This document shows positions 26,314 through 35,492 of a stretch of DNA of 64,000 nt, piece after piece (the stretch's first letter is position 1; every line of letters starts with the position of its first letter). Below the pieces are notes generated by a model that was not told where the DNA came from, did not search any database, and was given only the letters and a program-made list of their open reading frames with translations. A program made the translations under genes and the position numbers. The stretch is from assembly GCA_049720225.1 (NCBI GenBank), contig JBNASD010000001.1:100733-164732 (forward strand). Reading direction: 5' to 3'. Source of the DNA: Microgenomates group bacterium (GTDB lineage Bacteria; Patescibacteriota; Microgenomatia; PFEM01; JBNASD01).

Positions 26314-26913
26314 TCATGCTTTTTTAATCCCGAACTCCTCCCCATGCCCCGGAAAAATAATTGTTTGGGGAGGTAATAAAAAAATTCGCTTAATTGATTT
26401 TTCTAAATCCTTGTAAGAACTATAAGAAAAATCGGTTCTCCCTACTCCATCAGCAAAAATTAAATCCCCAGAAAAAAGAAAATTTTCTGCCAAAAAACTG
26501 ACACTTCCTGGAGTATGACCGGGAGTAAATAAAACTTTTATTTTTTCTTTTTGAAAAACAATTTCTTGACCCTCTTCTAAAAATTTATCCGGCGGTAAAA
26601 TTGGCTCTGGATTTATACCGGTAAAAAATTTTGCCGATTGGGAAGCTCTTTTTAAAAGAAATAAATCTTTTTGATGAATTAAAAAGGGAATATTAAAGAC
26701 TAACTTCAATTCCGTTACTGCTAAAATATGATCAAAATGGCCGTGGGTAGCTAAAATGAATTTAGGAGAAAAACCTAATTGGTTAATTTTTTCAATGAGA
26801 TATTCTCCATCGTCTCCCGGATCAATGATCACTCCTTCATTACTTTCTTCCTCCCAAACTAAATAACAATTAGTCCGTAATTGACCAACAACTATCTTTT
26901 CAACTTTTATCAT
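26314..26913 (-). CDS. MBL-fold metallo-hydrolase (glyoxalase II-like)
   Basis: Has the 'ATHGHFDH' metal-binding motif and a later 'PGHTPGS' histidine. Confidence 0.8.
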   Translation of the reverse strand: MIKVEKIVVGQLRTNCYLVWEEESNEGVIIDPGDDGEYLIEKINQLGFSPKFILATHGHFDHILAVTELKLVFNIPFLIHQKDLFLLKRASQSAKFFTGINPEPILPPDKFLEEGQEIVFQKEKIKVLFTPGHTPGSVSFLAENFLFSGDLIFADGVGRTDFSYSSYKDLEKSIKRIFLLPPQTIIFPGHGEEFGIKKA

Positions 26914-26926
26914 TTTTAAAATCTTT

Positions 26927-27241
26927 TTAAACTTTTACTGCCGCTTTTCCTACTCTTTCCCGAAGATAGTAAAGTTTTGCCCGGCGTACCTTTCCTTGTT
27001 TTTTGACTTTTATTTTTTCAATCCAGGGAGAATTTAACGGCCAAATTCTTTCAACTCCAATCCCGCCGGTGGCAATTTTTCTTACCGTAAAGGTTTTGTT
27101 TTCTCCCCTTCCTCGAATGGCAATGACAATTCCCTCAAAATTTTGGATTCTCGTTTTTCCTCCCTCAATAATTTTTTGGGAAACAATTACCGTATCCCCT
27201 ACTTTAAAAGTGGTATCCTTAAATTTTGCCTGATTAGCCAT
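26927..27241 (-). CDS. rplS: 50S ribosomal protein L19
   Basis: '[22 protein letters not shown]...[21 protein letters not shown]' matches the L19 consensus. Confidence 0.9.
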   Translation of the reverse strand: MANQAKFKDTTFKVGDTVIVSQKIIEGGKTRIQNFEGIVIAIRGRGENKTFTVRKIATGGIGVERIWPLNSPWIEKIKVKKQGKVRRAKLYYLRERVGKAAVKV

Positions 27242-27388
27242 GAGGAAATTCTATCAAGAAAAAGAAAAAAATACAAGGGAAAAATTTATTGATACTATAA
27301 GTTGAAAATCCAAAAAATTTAAGCTATAATAATTTTCGGTACCTTGAAAGTAGTCGTTCGAACAAGTTTGTATTAAAGGAGGGAGAAA

Positions 27389-27592
27389 ATGTGGAGGCGT
27401 ACCGCTGAATGCGAGAAGAGCAGAAATGGACAATATTGTCCAAGGGGGTCTGAATGTCCAATGACGGGACGTCGGGTAGAAAAACACAGAGGTGGAAAGT
27501 GTAGGTTGGGACCATACATTAGAAATCCTGAATGCTGGAGGAGGGATGAAATGGATTTCCCTCCCTACTATGATTATGAGAGCGAGTTATAA
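27389..27592 (+). CDS. Small Cys-rich hypothetical protein (67 aa), GC-rich
   Basis: RBS 'aaggagggagaaaATG'. It has 5 Cys and Arg/Trp-rich segments, and is followed 20 nt later by the next gene. Confidence 0.45.
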   Translation: MWRRTAECEKSRNGQYCPRGSECPMTGRRVEKHRGGKCRLGPYIRNPECWRRDEMDFPPYYDYESEL

Positions 27593-27612
27593 CGTTAGGA
27601 GGAGGCTAGACT

Positions 27613-27840
27613 ATGAAATATACATATCGTACATCTAAAGGCGACGGATATACCTTAGTTTACGGTGAAGGAAAATTTGTAGAGGAAGTTAAATTTGAGA
27701 CTATGTGTCTCACTTTTGAGGAAATGGTAAGCCACCTCAAAAGAGAGCATGGAATAAAGCATCCGACGTTTTCGATTATCTACACGTCGAGGGGCAGGTT
27801 TTGGACGCCGGATGATGGAAAACATATAGTTCCGGCGTAA
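27613..27840 (+). CDS. Small hypothetical protein (75 aa), co-operonic with the 27389 gene
   Basis: RBS 'ttaggaggaggctagactATG'. Terminator D lies immediately downstream. Confidence 0.45.
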   Translation: MKYTYRTSKGDGYTLVYGEGKFVEEVKFETMCLTFEEMVSHLKREHGIKHPTFSIIYTSRGRFWTPDDGKHIVPA

Positions 27841-27846
27841 TGTAGG

Positions 27847-27937
27847 AAAAAGGGGGGAAGTTTTTTCCCAAAAAGGCATCAAGATTACTTGATGCTGTTC
27901 TTATAAGGTAAAAACTTCCCCCCTTCCCTTTTTTTAA
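27847..27937 (+). terminator. Nested-hairpin intrinsic terminator D
   Basis: Outer stem aaaaaggggggaagtttttt/aaaaacttcccccctt, inner GCATCAAG/CTTGATGC, then T7. Confidence 0.55.
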
Positions 27938-28331
27938 ATTCTAGATTTTTTTGTACTTGGTTGCGAATTCATTTCGCGAATTTTGACTAATTCTCTATTT
28001 AATTTTTTATTTTATGAATATTTTTTATTTTTTTATAAAATATTGGTATGTCTTTTTAATATCCCTTTTTTATTTCTAAGGTATCTTGCTAATTTTTATT
28101 CTTTATAATAACCCTACTGATAACACTAAAATCAAGTAAATTCTATCAAAGATAAAGAGAAATAAAAAAGAAAAGAGAGAATTTTTAATTTAAAATCCTA
28201 TAATGTTGAAATTATTGTTTTTTTTGATATAATATTGTTATTGGCACATTGACAAAAAGAAAATTCTCTCCAATTTTATTGGAGTTTAAATATAACATTC
28301 TCCCTATTTAACGCAAGACAGGAGGTGAATT

Positions 28332-28625
28332 ATGTTTCGGGCGATACTTGAGTTGTTTTGGTCAATTTTGAAGGGGTTGGTAAAGTTAGCATGGGGATTG
28401 ATAGTGATAGTTTCTGGACTCTTAGTTTTGATTGCTCTTTTCACTTGGGGCGGAGTGTTTACAGATTCTTCTATCCCGGGGCAGAATGCTGTTAATACGT
28501 TGTGGGGCGATATTGTGATATTCCCTACCACATGGGGAGATGCATCGGCCTACCAACCAACAGGGCTGGGTTTGGCTTTGTTGGTGGTGATAGTTTTCTT
28601 TGTTCTTTTGATTCTCGCCGGTTGA
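28332..28625 (+). CDS. Small membrane protein (97 aa, TM-loop-TM), GC-rich
   Basis: RBS 'gacaggaggtgaattATG'. It has two long hydrophobic helices around a Gly/Trp-rich loop. Confidence 0.5.
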   Translation: MFRAILELFWSILKGLVKLAWGLIVIVSGLLVLIALFTWGGVFTDSSIPGQNAVNTLWGDIVIFPTTWGDASAYQPTGLGLALLVVIVFFVLLILAG

Positions 28626-28644
28626 GTAAAGGAGGTGTTACGAT

Positions 28645-28918
28645 GTTTGATATTCCAGAAATTCCCGGAAAGGTAGTAGGATTGGCCATTTTGGCTTTTA
28701 TAGTGGTTTGTTTGGGAAGTATAATGCTTCTTTTCGGCGGGAATGTGGAAAAAAACCCGCTAGCGATCGCTATGGCAGATATTGGTGATTGGCTTACGCC
28801 GGGCGATACGGGAGTTTGTTACCCTTCCGATACTTTTGCGATCCGACATAATGGAGCGGCGTTCGTATTTACGGTTGGGGTGATACTTTTTATATTGATA
28901 CTCTTCTCGTTTAGATAG
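28645..28918 (+). CDS. Small membrane protein (91 aa, TM-loop-TM), a paralogue-like partner of the 28332 gene
   Basis: RBS 'gtaaaggaggtgttacgATG' sits 19 nt after the upstream stop. It has the same TM-loop-TM topology. Confidence 0.5.
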
Positions 28919-28929
28919 AGGAGAACATT

Positions 28930-29020
28930 GGGGGGGAAGAAAAAACTTTTAACAAGGTGTCACCAAATTTTTGCGGTGACAATCTTAAGAAAAAGTTTTT
29001 CTTCCCTCCCCCCTTTTTTT
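28930..29020. terminator. Bidirectional nested-hairpin terminator E between the 28645 gene and pyrG
   Basis: Outer stem gggggggaagaaaaaact/agtttttcttccctcccccc, inner GGTGTCACC/GGTGAC, then T-run. Confidence 0.55.
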
Positions 29021-29027
29021 AATTTTA

Positions 29028-30668
29028 TTACTTTTTAACCGCTTCCCTAATAAATTCCAAAAACAACGGATGAGGTTTTAAAAATAAAGATTTATATTCC
29101 GGATGAAATTGTGTTCCCACAAAAAAGGGATGATTAGGAATTTCGATTGCCTCTACTAATTTTCCATCAGGAGAAACTCCGCTAAAAACCATTCCCGCTT
29201 TTTTAAATTTTTCCCGGTATTGATTGTTAAACTCATAGCGGTGGCGATGTCTTTCATAAATAAATTTTAAATTTAAAATTTTAAATTTAAAATTGTTATG
29301 GTAGCATTTCCAAACCAAACTATCCCTTTTTAATTTGCACGGCCAAGCGCCCAAACGAATTGTTCCTCCAAATTGGCGTTTTTTTAAATATTTTTCTTGG
29401 TCAGGCATAATATGAATAACCGGATAAGGAGTTTGGGGGTTAACTTCGGTGGAATTAGCATCTTTTAAACCTAAAACATTTCTGGCAAATTCAATTACCG
29501 CCATCTGCATCCCAAAACAAAGACCTAAATAAGGAATTTTATTCTCCCGCGCGTATTGAACAACTTTAATTTTTCCTTCTACTCCCCGACTACCCCACCC
29601 TTGAGGAACAATAATTCCCTGACATTCTTTTATTTTTTCCGGTAATCCTTCTTTTTCAATTTTTTCGGTGTCAAACCAAATAATTTCCGGCCAAACATTA
29701 TTTGCCCAACTAGCGTGTTTAACTGCTTCCACAACACTTACATACGAATCCTCCAAACAAAAATCCCCGGAAGTATAATATTTTCCGGCAATCCCAATTT
29801 TTACTTTTCTTTTTAAATTTTTAATTTTTTTGATTAAATTTCGCCATTCCTTTAAATTTCTTCTTCTTCCTTTAATTTTTAACTTTTTCATTATTCTTTC
29901 AGTAATTTTTTGTTTTTCCAAAATTAAGGGAACTTCATAAATGTTTTCCACGTCAGGATTGGCAAAAATATCTTCTGGTTCTAACGAACAGGCAAAGGCA
30001 ATTTTTTCTCGCCGGCGGAAGTCAACTTCTTTTTCCGCCCGACAAACAATAATATCCGGTTGAATTCCTAAAGAATGAAGCGCCCAAACTGATTGTTGAA
30101 GCGGTTTGGTTTTCATTTCTCCCAAAAAATGAGGAATCGGTAAATAACCCACATGAACAAACAAAACATTTTCTTTATATTTAATTTTCATTCTCCTGGC
30201 CGCCTCAAAAAACATAATATTTTGGTATTCTCCTACCGTTCCTCCAAATTCAACAATAACAATTTCTGCCTTTTTTCCTACTTTTTCTAAACGATTAATA
30301 ATTTCTTGAGGAATATGTAAATAGGCATCAACGCATTTTCCATCATATTCTAAGGCTCTTTCCCGGTCTAGAACACTTTTATATACCTGTCCTCCTGTCA
30401 TATAATTTTCTTTAGTTAGGGAAATTCCCAAAAATCTTTCGTAATGACCCAAATCTTGATCACATTCCATTCCATCGTCTAAAACAAAAATTTCTCCGTG
30501 TTCCAAAGGATTCATTGTGCCCGCGTCTAAATTTAAATAAGGATCGCATTTTACCGGTAAAACTTTAAAACCGCGAGATTGTAAAAGAAGAGAAATTGAA
30601 GCGGTGGTAATTCCCTTTCCTAATCCGGAAATTACCCCTCCAGAAACAAAAATAAATTTAGGGTTCAT
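29028..30668 (-). CDS. pyrG: CTP synthase
   Basis: 'KFIFVSGGVISGLGKGITTASI' is the N-terminal synthetase signature. The C-terminus has a GATase ('GLCFGMQ') region. Confidence 0.9.
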   Translation of the reverse strand: MNPKFIFVSGGVISGLGKGITTASISLLLQSRGFKVLPVKCDPYLNLDAGTMNPLEHGEIFVLDDGMECDQDLGHYERFLGISLTKENYMTGGQVYKSVLDRERALEYDGKCVDAYLHIPQEIINRLEKVGKKAEIVIVEFGGTVGEYQNIMFFEAARRMKIKYKENVLFVHVGYLPIPHFLGEMKTKPLQQSVWALHSLGIQPDIIVCRAEKEVDFRRREKIAFACSLEPEDIFANPDVENIYEVPLILEKQKITERIMKKLKIKGRRRNLKEWRNLIKKIKNLKRKVKIGIAGKYYTSGDFCLEDSYVSVVEAVKHASWANNVWPEIIWFDTEKIEKEGLPEKIKECQGIIVPQGWGSRGVEGKIKVVQYARENKIPYLGLCFGMQMAVIEFARNVLGLKDANSTEVNPQTPYPVIHIMPDQEKYLKKRQFGGTIRLGAWPCKLKRDSLVWKCYHNNFKFKILNLKFIYERHRHRYEFNNQYREKFKKAGMVFSGVSPDGKLVEAIEIPNHPFFVGTQFHPEYKSLFLKPHPLFLEFIREAVKK

Positions 30669-33600
30669 TAATTTTTTCCTCCAATAATTTTTTCAATTTC
30701 TTCTTTTAATCTTTGATTATAACTAATTCCAAAAGGCAATACCATTCTTTTTTCTTTTTCCCCATTAACAAAAACCAAAACTACTTTTTCCTCTCCCGGA
30801 TTTTCTTTTAAAAGCTTATTTAAAGCTACCAATTTTTGGGGAGAAATTCGGGCGGGAATTCTTATTTCTCTTTGATCTTCCTCTTTTTTTTCTTCTGCCA
30901 TTTCCTCAGAAAACAGAACTACCCGATTAGCCAATAAAGAAGTTTTCTCCTCTCTTGATTCAACCACCCCTTCAATTAAAACTACTTTCTCTTTCAATAA
31001 AAACTGACGACATTCCCTATAGACCTTAGGAAAAACAACGACTTCAATTTCTCCAGTTTCATCTTGAAGAGTAACAAAGGCCATTTCTTGATTGGAACTT
31101 TTGGTTAAAACAATTTTTAAATTGCTAATTATTCCTCCTAATTTTACTTTTTGACTTTGGACATCTCGATCAATCTGAAAGATTTTATGACTTCTTAATC
31201 TTTCTAATTTTTCCAATACCCGGGTAAGCGGATGTTCGGTAAGATAAAAACCCAAAAGTTCTTTCTCTAAACTTAAAAGTTCTTCTTGACTAAATTCTTC
31301 TATTTCCGGTAAATTATCTTTTACTTCTAAATTTTGAGGAGAAGAATTTTGCTCAAAAAGACTCACCTGACCATTATTTTTTTCTTTTTGAAAACTTAAA
31401 GCTTTTTCCCGAATGGTATCTAAATTAGCTAGCATTGCCGCTCTTTTGCCAAAACGGTCCATTGCCCCTGCTTTAATTAAACTTTCTAAAACTTTTTTAT
31501 TAACCTTTTGTCCATCTACTCGTTGACAAAAGTCAGTTAAAGAAGTAAATTCCCCCCCTAATCTTCTGGCACTTAAAATTGCCCCAATCGCCGCTTCCCC
31601 CACATTTTTAATCGCCCCCAAACCAAATCGAATTGCCTTCCCATTTAAAGAACTAGGTTCATTTTCAATAGTAAATCCCGCCTCTGATTTATTAATATCC
31701 GGAGGTAAAACAATAATTTTCATTCGCCGGCATTCTTCCACTGCCAACGCCACTTTTTCATCACGAATCGGACCGGAAGCACCACTACTTTCCGCGGTTA
31801 ATAACGCCGCCATAAATTCTACCGGAAAATGAGTTTTTAAATAAGCGGTTTGATAAGCAACCATTGCGTAAGAAGTAGAATGAGCTTTATTAAAACCGTA
31901 ACTAGCAAATCTTTCAATTAAAGCAAAAACATCTTTGGCTACTTGTTTAGGATATCCTTTTTCTACTGCCTGACGGATAAACTTTTTCTTTTCCTCTTTC
32001 ATAATTTCTTTTTTCTTTTTACCAATTGCCCGCCGAAGCATATCCGCCTCTCCCAAAGTGTAGCCGGCCATTACGTGAGCGATTTGTAAACATTGTTCCT
32101 GATAAACGGCAATTCCGTAGGTTTCTTCCAAAATTGGTTTTAAATCCGGATGGGGATAATTAATTTTTTCTGGATGGTGTTTTCCATAGATAAATTCATC
32201 AATAAATTGCATTGGTCCGGGTCGATACAAAGCAATCATCGCTACCAAGTCAGAAAATTTTGACGGGCCTAATTTTTTGGCTAATCGGCGCATTCCCCCA
32301 CTTTCTAATTGAAACACTCCCGTTGTTTCTCCTCGGGCAATCATTGCCAATGTTGGTTTATCATCTAAAGGAATTTCCGAAATATCAATTCTTTTTCCTT
32401 GAGTACTTTGAATATAAGCTAATGCTTTTTCTAAAATAGTGAGATTTCTGAGTCCTAAAATATCAATTTTCAAAAGACCAATTGCTTTATCGGCCCCAGC
32501 CGCATTAATATCTAAGCAATACATATCGTATTGCGTCATTATTCCTTCCCCACGAGTAACTTTTTGCAGGGGAACATATTCTGTTAAAGGCTTATCGGCA
32601 ACAATTACTCCCGCCGCATGGGTGGAAGCATGACGAACTGTTCCCTCCACTTTCATCGATAAATCCAAAAGTTTTTTATATTTCGGTTCTTTATAAAAAT
32701 TCGCTAATTCGGGAACGGCCTCAAGCGCTTCTTTTATTTTCATTCCCGGCGGAATAAGTTTGGCAATTTTATCGGGTTCAGAATAGGGCATCCCTAAAAC
32801 CCGGCCAATATCTCTCACTGCCTCCCGCGCTTTCATCACATTAAAAGTGACAATTTGCGCCACTTTATCTTGACCATACTTTTGGGTAATGTAATTAATT
32901 ACCTCATCTCTTCTTTCGTCAGCAAAGTCTAAATCGATATCCGGCGGCGACGGTCTTTCCGGGTTTAAAAATCGTTCAAAAGGAAGATTATGTTTTAAAG
33001 GATCAATGGAGGTGATTCTTAAAATATAAGAAACTAGTGACCCCGCCGCCGACCCTCTTCCCGGCCCAACTCTAATTCCCTGACTTTTTGCCCAGTTAAC
33101 TAAATCTTGAACAATTAAAAAGTAAGTAGCAAATCCCTTTTTACAGATTACTTCTAGTTCATAATCCATTCTTTGTTTAATTTCCGGGGTAATTTTTTCA
33201 AATCTTTTTTTCACTCTTTCATAAGTCAGTTCTTTTAAATATTCCTCGGCGGTTTTTCCTTCCGGTAAAGGATAATTAGGTAAAATCCAGTTTCCCAAAG
33301 AAATTTCCAAATGACACTGCTCAGCAATTTTTAAAGTATTTTCCAAAGCTTCGGGAAAATCGGCAAAAAATTCTTCCATTTCCTTGGGAGAGCGTAAATA
33401 AAAATCAGGAGAATCAATCATGGTAATTCGGTCCTTATCGGCAATTTTTTTCTGAGTTTGCACCGCCAATAAGGCATCTTGAGCTTCGGCATCTTCTGGT
33501 TCGACATAATGAATATCATTGGTCGCAATTAAAGGAATTCCTAATTTTCTTGATAAGGCAATTAATTTTTGATTAGCTTTTTCTTGATTTTTAATTTTGG

Positions 33601-34132
33601 GATGAGGTTGAATTTCCAAATAAAAATCTTTTCCAAAAATATCTAAAAATTCTTTTGCTTTTTTTTCTGCTTTTTGGTCTTCTCCCAAAAGAAGTAATTG
33701 GGGAATTTCTCCATCTAAACAAGCAGAAGAAGCAATTAATCCTTGGTGATATTTTTTAAGAACTTCCATATCAATTCGGGGTTTATAATAAAAGCCTTCT
33801 AAATGAGCAATGGTAATTAGCTTAAGAAGATTTTTATAACCAACCTCATTTTTAGCTAACAACACCAAATGATAGCGGTCAGAGTCAATATTGGCTTGCT
33901 TATCAAAGCGAGAACGCGCCGCCATGTAAGTTTCTACTCCAATAATTGGTTTAATTCCTATTTCCTTAGCGGTGGTATAGAATTTAATTGCTCCATACAT
34001 TACCCCGTGGTCAGTTAAAGCCAAGGCAGGCATTCCCAATTCTTTGGCTTTGGTCAGTAATTTATCAATTTTTGCTAGACCATCCAAAAGAGAATATTCC
34101 GAATGGACATGAAGATGAACAAAATTTCCCAT
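30668..34132 (-). CDS. dnaE: DNA polymerase III alpha subunit
   Basis: The PHP domain reads 'FVHLHVHSEYSLLDG'. The protein is 1154 aa, with the polymerase core and a C-terminal OB-fold. Confidence 0.9.
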   Translation of the reverse strand: MGNFVHLHVHSEYSLLDGLAKIDKLLTKAKELGMPALALTDHGVMYGAIKFYTTAKEIGIKPIIGVETYMAARSRFDKQANIDSDRYHLVLLAKNEVGYKNLLKLITIAHLEGFYYKPRIDMEVLKKYHQGLIASSACLDGEIPQLLLLGEDQKAEKKAKEFLDIFGKDFYLEIQPHPKIKNQEKANQKLIALSRKLGIPLIATNDIHYVEPEDAEAQDALLAVQTQKKIADKDRITMIDSPDFYLRSPKEMEEFFADFPEALENTLKIAEQCHLEISLGNWILPNYPLPEGKTAEEYLKELTYERVKKRFEKITPEIKQRMDYELEVICKKGFATYFLIVQDLVNWAKSQGIRVGPGRGSAAGSLVSYILRITSIDPLKHNLPFERFLNPERPSPPDIDLDFADERRDEVINYITQKYGQDKVAQIVTFNVMKAREAVRDIGRVLGMPYSEPDKIAKLIPPGMKIKEALEAVPELANFYKEPKYKKLLDLSMKVEGTVRHASTHAAGVIVADKPLTEYVPLQKVTRGEGIMTQYDMYCLDINAAGADKAIGLLKIDILGLRNLTILEKALAYIQSTQGKRIDISEIPLDDKPTLAMIARGETTGVFQLESGGMRRLAKKLGPSKFSDLVAMIALYRPGPMQFIDEFIYGKHHPEKINYPHPDLKPILEETYGIAVYQEQCLQIAHVMAGYTLGEADMLRRAIGKKKKEIMKEEKKKFIRQAVEKGYPKQVAKDVFALIERFASYGFNKAHSTSYAMVAYQTAYLKTHFPVEFMAALLTAESSGASGPIRDEKVALAVEECRRMKIIVLPPDINKSEAGFTIENEPSSLNGKAIRFGLGAIKNVGEAAIGAILSARRLGGEFTSLTDFCQRVDGQKVNKKVLESLIKAGAMDRFGKRAAMLANLDTIREKALSFQKEKNNGQVSLFEQNSSPQNLEVKDNLPEIEEFSQEELLSLEKELLGFYLTEHPLTRVLEKLERLRSHKIFQIDRDVQSQKVKLGGIISNLKIVLTKSSNQEMAFVTLQDETGEIEVVVFPKVYRECRQFLLKEKVVLIEGVVESREEKTSLLANRVVLFSEEMAEEKKEEDQREIRIPARISPQKLVALNKLLKENPGEEKVVLVFVNGEKEKRMVLPFGISYNQRLKEEIEKIIGGKN

Positions 34133-34133
34133 A

Positions 34134-35492
34134 TTAATTTTTTAATTTCTTTTTAATTTCTTCTTCTATTTGTTTGGGGTTTGCCTGCCCTTTTGTTTTC
34201 GCCATAATTTGGCCAATTAAAAATTGAATAGCATTAATTTTTCCTTTTTTAAAATCCGCAACCGCTTTTTGATTTTCTTCTAAAACTTGGTTAATTATTT
34301 TTTCTAATTCTTCCTTTTTGATGGTTATTTTTTTCTTGCTTTTTTGTCTTTGTAACTGCTTAATTAATTGTCCAGGAGAAACTTTTTTAATATCTACTTT
34401 TTTATTAATTATAACATTAGCAATTTCTTGCAATTTTATTTCTTTTTTTGCCAATTTTGTCGTTTCCTCAAAATAATCAGCGGTGAATTTCTCCGCGGTT
34501 AAAATTCTTGCCGCGTAATCAGAAAGATGATAAACTTCGACAAACTTTTTTCTTTTTTCTTGGGGAAGTTCAGGAAGAAGTTTTTTAATTTTTTCAATTT
34601 CTTCTTTATTAAATCTTATTGGCGGAATATCCGGCTCAGGAAAATAGCGATAATCAGAGGCTTCTTCTTTTTCTCGCTGTAAAACAGTAATTTTTCTTTT
34701 TTCATCCCAACCGCGGGTGGTTTTATTTCCCGGTTTTTTAGTTTCCCCGGTCTTTAAAAATTCTTTTTTTTGTCTTTCAATCTCATAATCAATTGCTTTT
34801 TTAACAAAGCTAAAAGAATTAATATTTTTCAATTCTACCAGCGGTGTATATAATTTTTTTCCGTTTTTAATCACTTCCAAATTAACCGTTGGCTCACAGC
34901 GCATTTGTCCTTTTTCCATATCCGCATCGGCAATTTCTAGCCAGCGGACTAATTGTTGAAGTGATTTTAAAAATTCTTGAATCTCTTGGCTGTCATTAAA
35001 ATCTGGTTCGGTAACAATTTCTACTAAGGGTACTCCACTACGATTAAAATCAATTAAAGAGCAACTTTCTTGACCAATTTTTTGGTGGATTAATTTTCCG
35101 GTGTCTTCCTCTAAATGAACTCGGCGGATTCTAATTTTCTTTTTTCTTTCTAAAAGTTCAAATTCTCCATTTTTATTTAGCGGTAAATCATATTGACTGA
35201 TTTGATAGCCTTTGGGTAAGTCTGGATAAAAATAATTTTTTCGGTCAAATTTAGAAAATAATGCCGGTTGACAATTTAAGGCTAAGCCTAATTTAATCGT
35301 TGCCTCAATTGCTTTTTGGTTAGGATAAGGAAGAGCGCCCGGTAAACCTAAACATACCGGACAAACTAACGTATTGGGTGGTTTACCAAAATATTGCGCT
35401 GAACAACCACAAAACATTTTGCTTTTTGTTTTCAGTTCGATATGAACTTCTAATCCAATTATCGGTTTAAATCTTATGGTTGATGAGTTCAT
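34134..35492 (-). CDS. gatB: Asp-tRNA(Asn)/Glu-tRNA(Gln) amidotransferase subunit B
   Basis: 'IGLEVHIELKTKSKMFCGC' is the GatB N-terminus. A C-terminal YqeY-like helical tail is present. Confidence 0.85.
   Translation of the reverse strand: MNSSTIRFKPIIGLEVHIELKTKSKMFCGCSAQYFGKPPNTLVCPVCLGLPGALPYPNQKAIEATIKLGLALNCQPALFSKFDRKNYFYPDLPKGYQISQYDLPLNKNGEFELLERKKKIRIRRVHLEEDTGKLIHQKIGQESCSLIDFNRSGVPLVEIVTEPDFNDSQEIQEFLKSLQQLVRWLEIADADMEKGQMRCEPTVNLEVIKNGKKLYTPLVELKNINSFSFVKKAIDYEIERQKKEFLKTGETKKPGNKTTRGWDEKRKITVLQREKEEASDYRYFPEPDIPPIRFNKEEIEKIKKLLPELPQEKRKKFVEVYHLSDYAARILTAEKFTADYFEETTKLAKKEIKLQEIANVIINKKVDIKKVSPGQLIKQLQRQKSKKKITIKKEELEKIINQVLEENQKAVADFKKGKINAIQFLIGQIMAKTKGQANPKQIEEEIKKKLKN

Noticed and set aside
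28502-28644. Upstream extension of the second small membrane protein ORF (start at 28502)
   Set aside because: It overlaps the preceding gene in another frame. A strong RBS sits 19 nt before the internal ATG at 28645, so the shorter form is preferred.
29251-29285. Tandem 14-nt repeat (ATTTTAAATTTAAA x2) inside pyrG
   Set aside because: It is in-frame low-complexity sequence encoding FKFKILNLKF within an otherwise intact CTP synthase. It is not a CRISPR or regulatory repeat.
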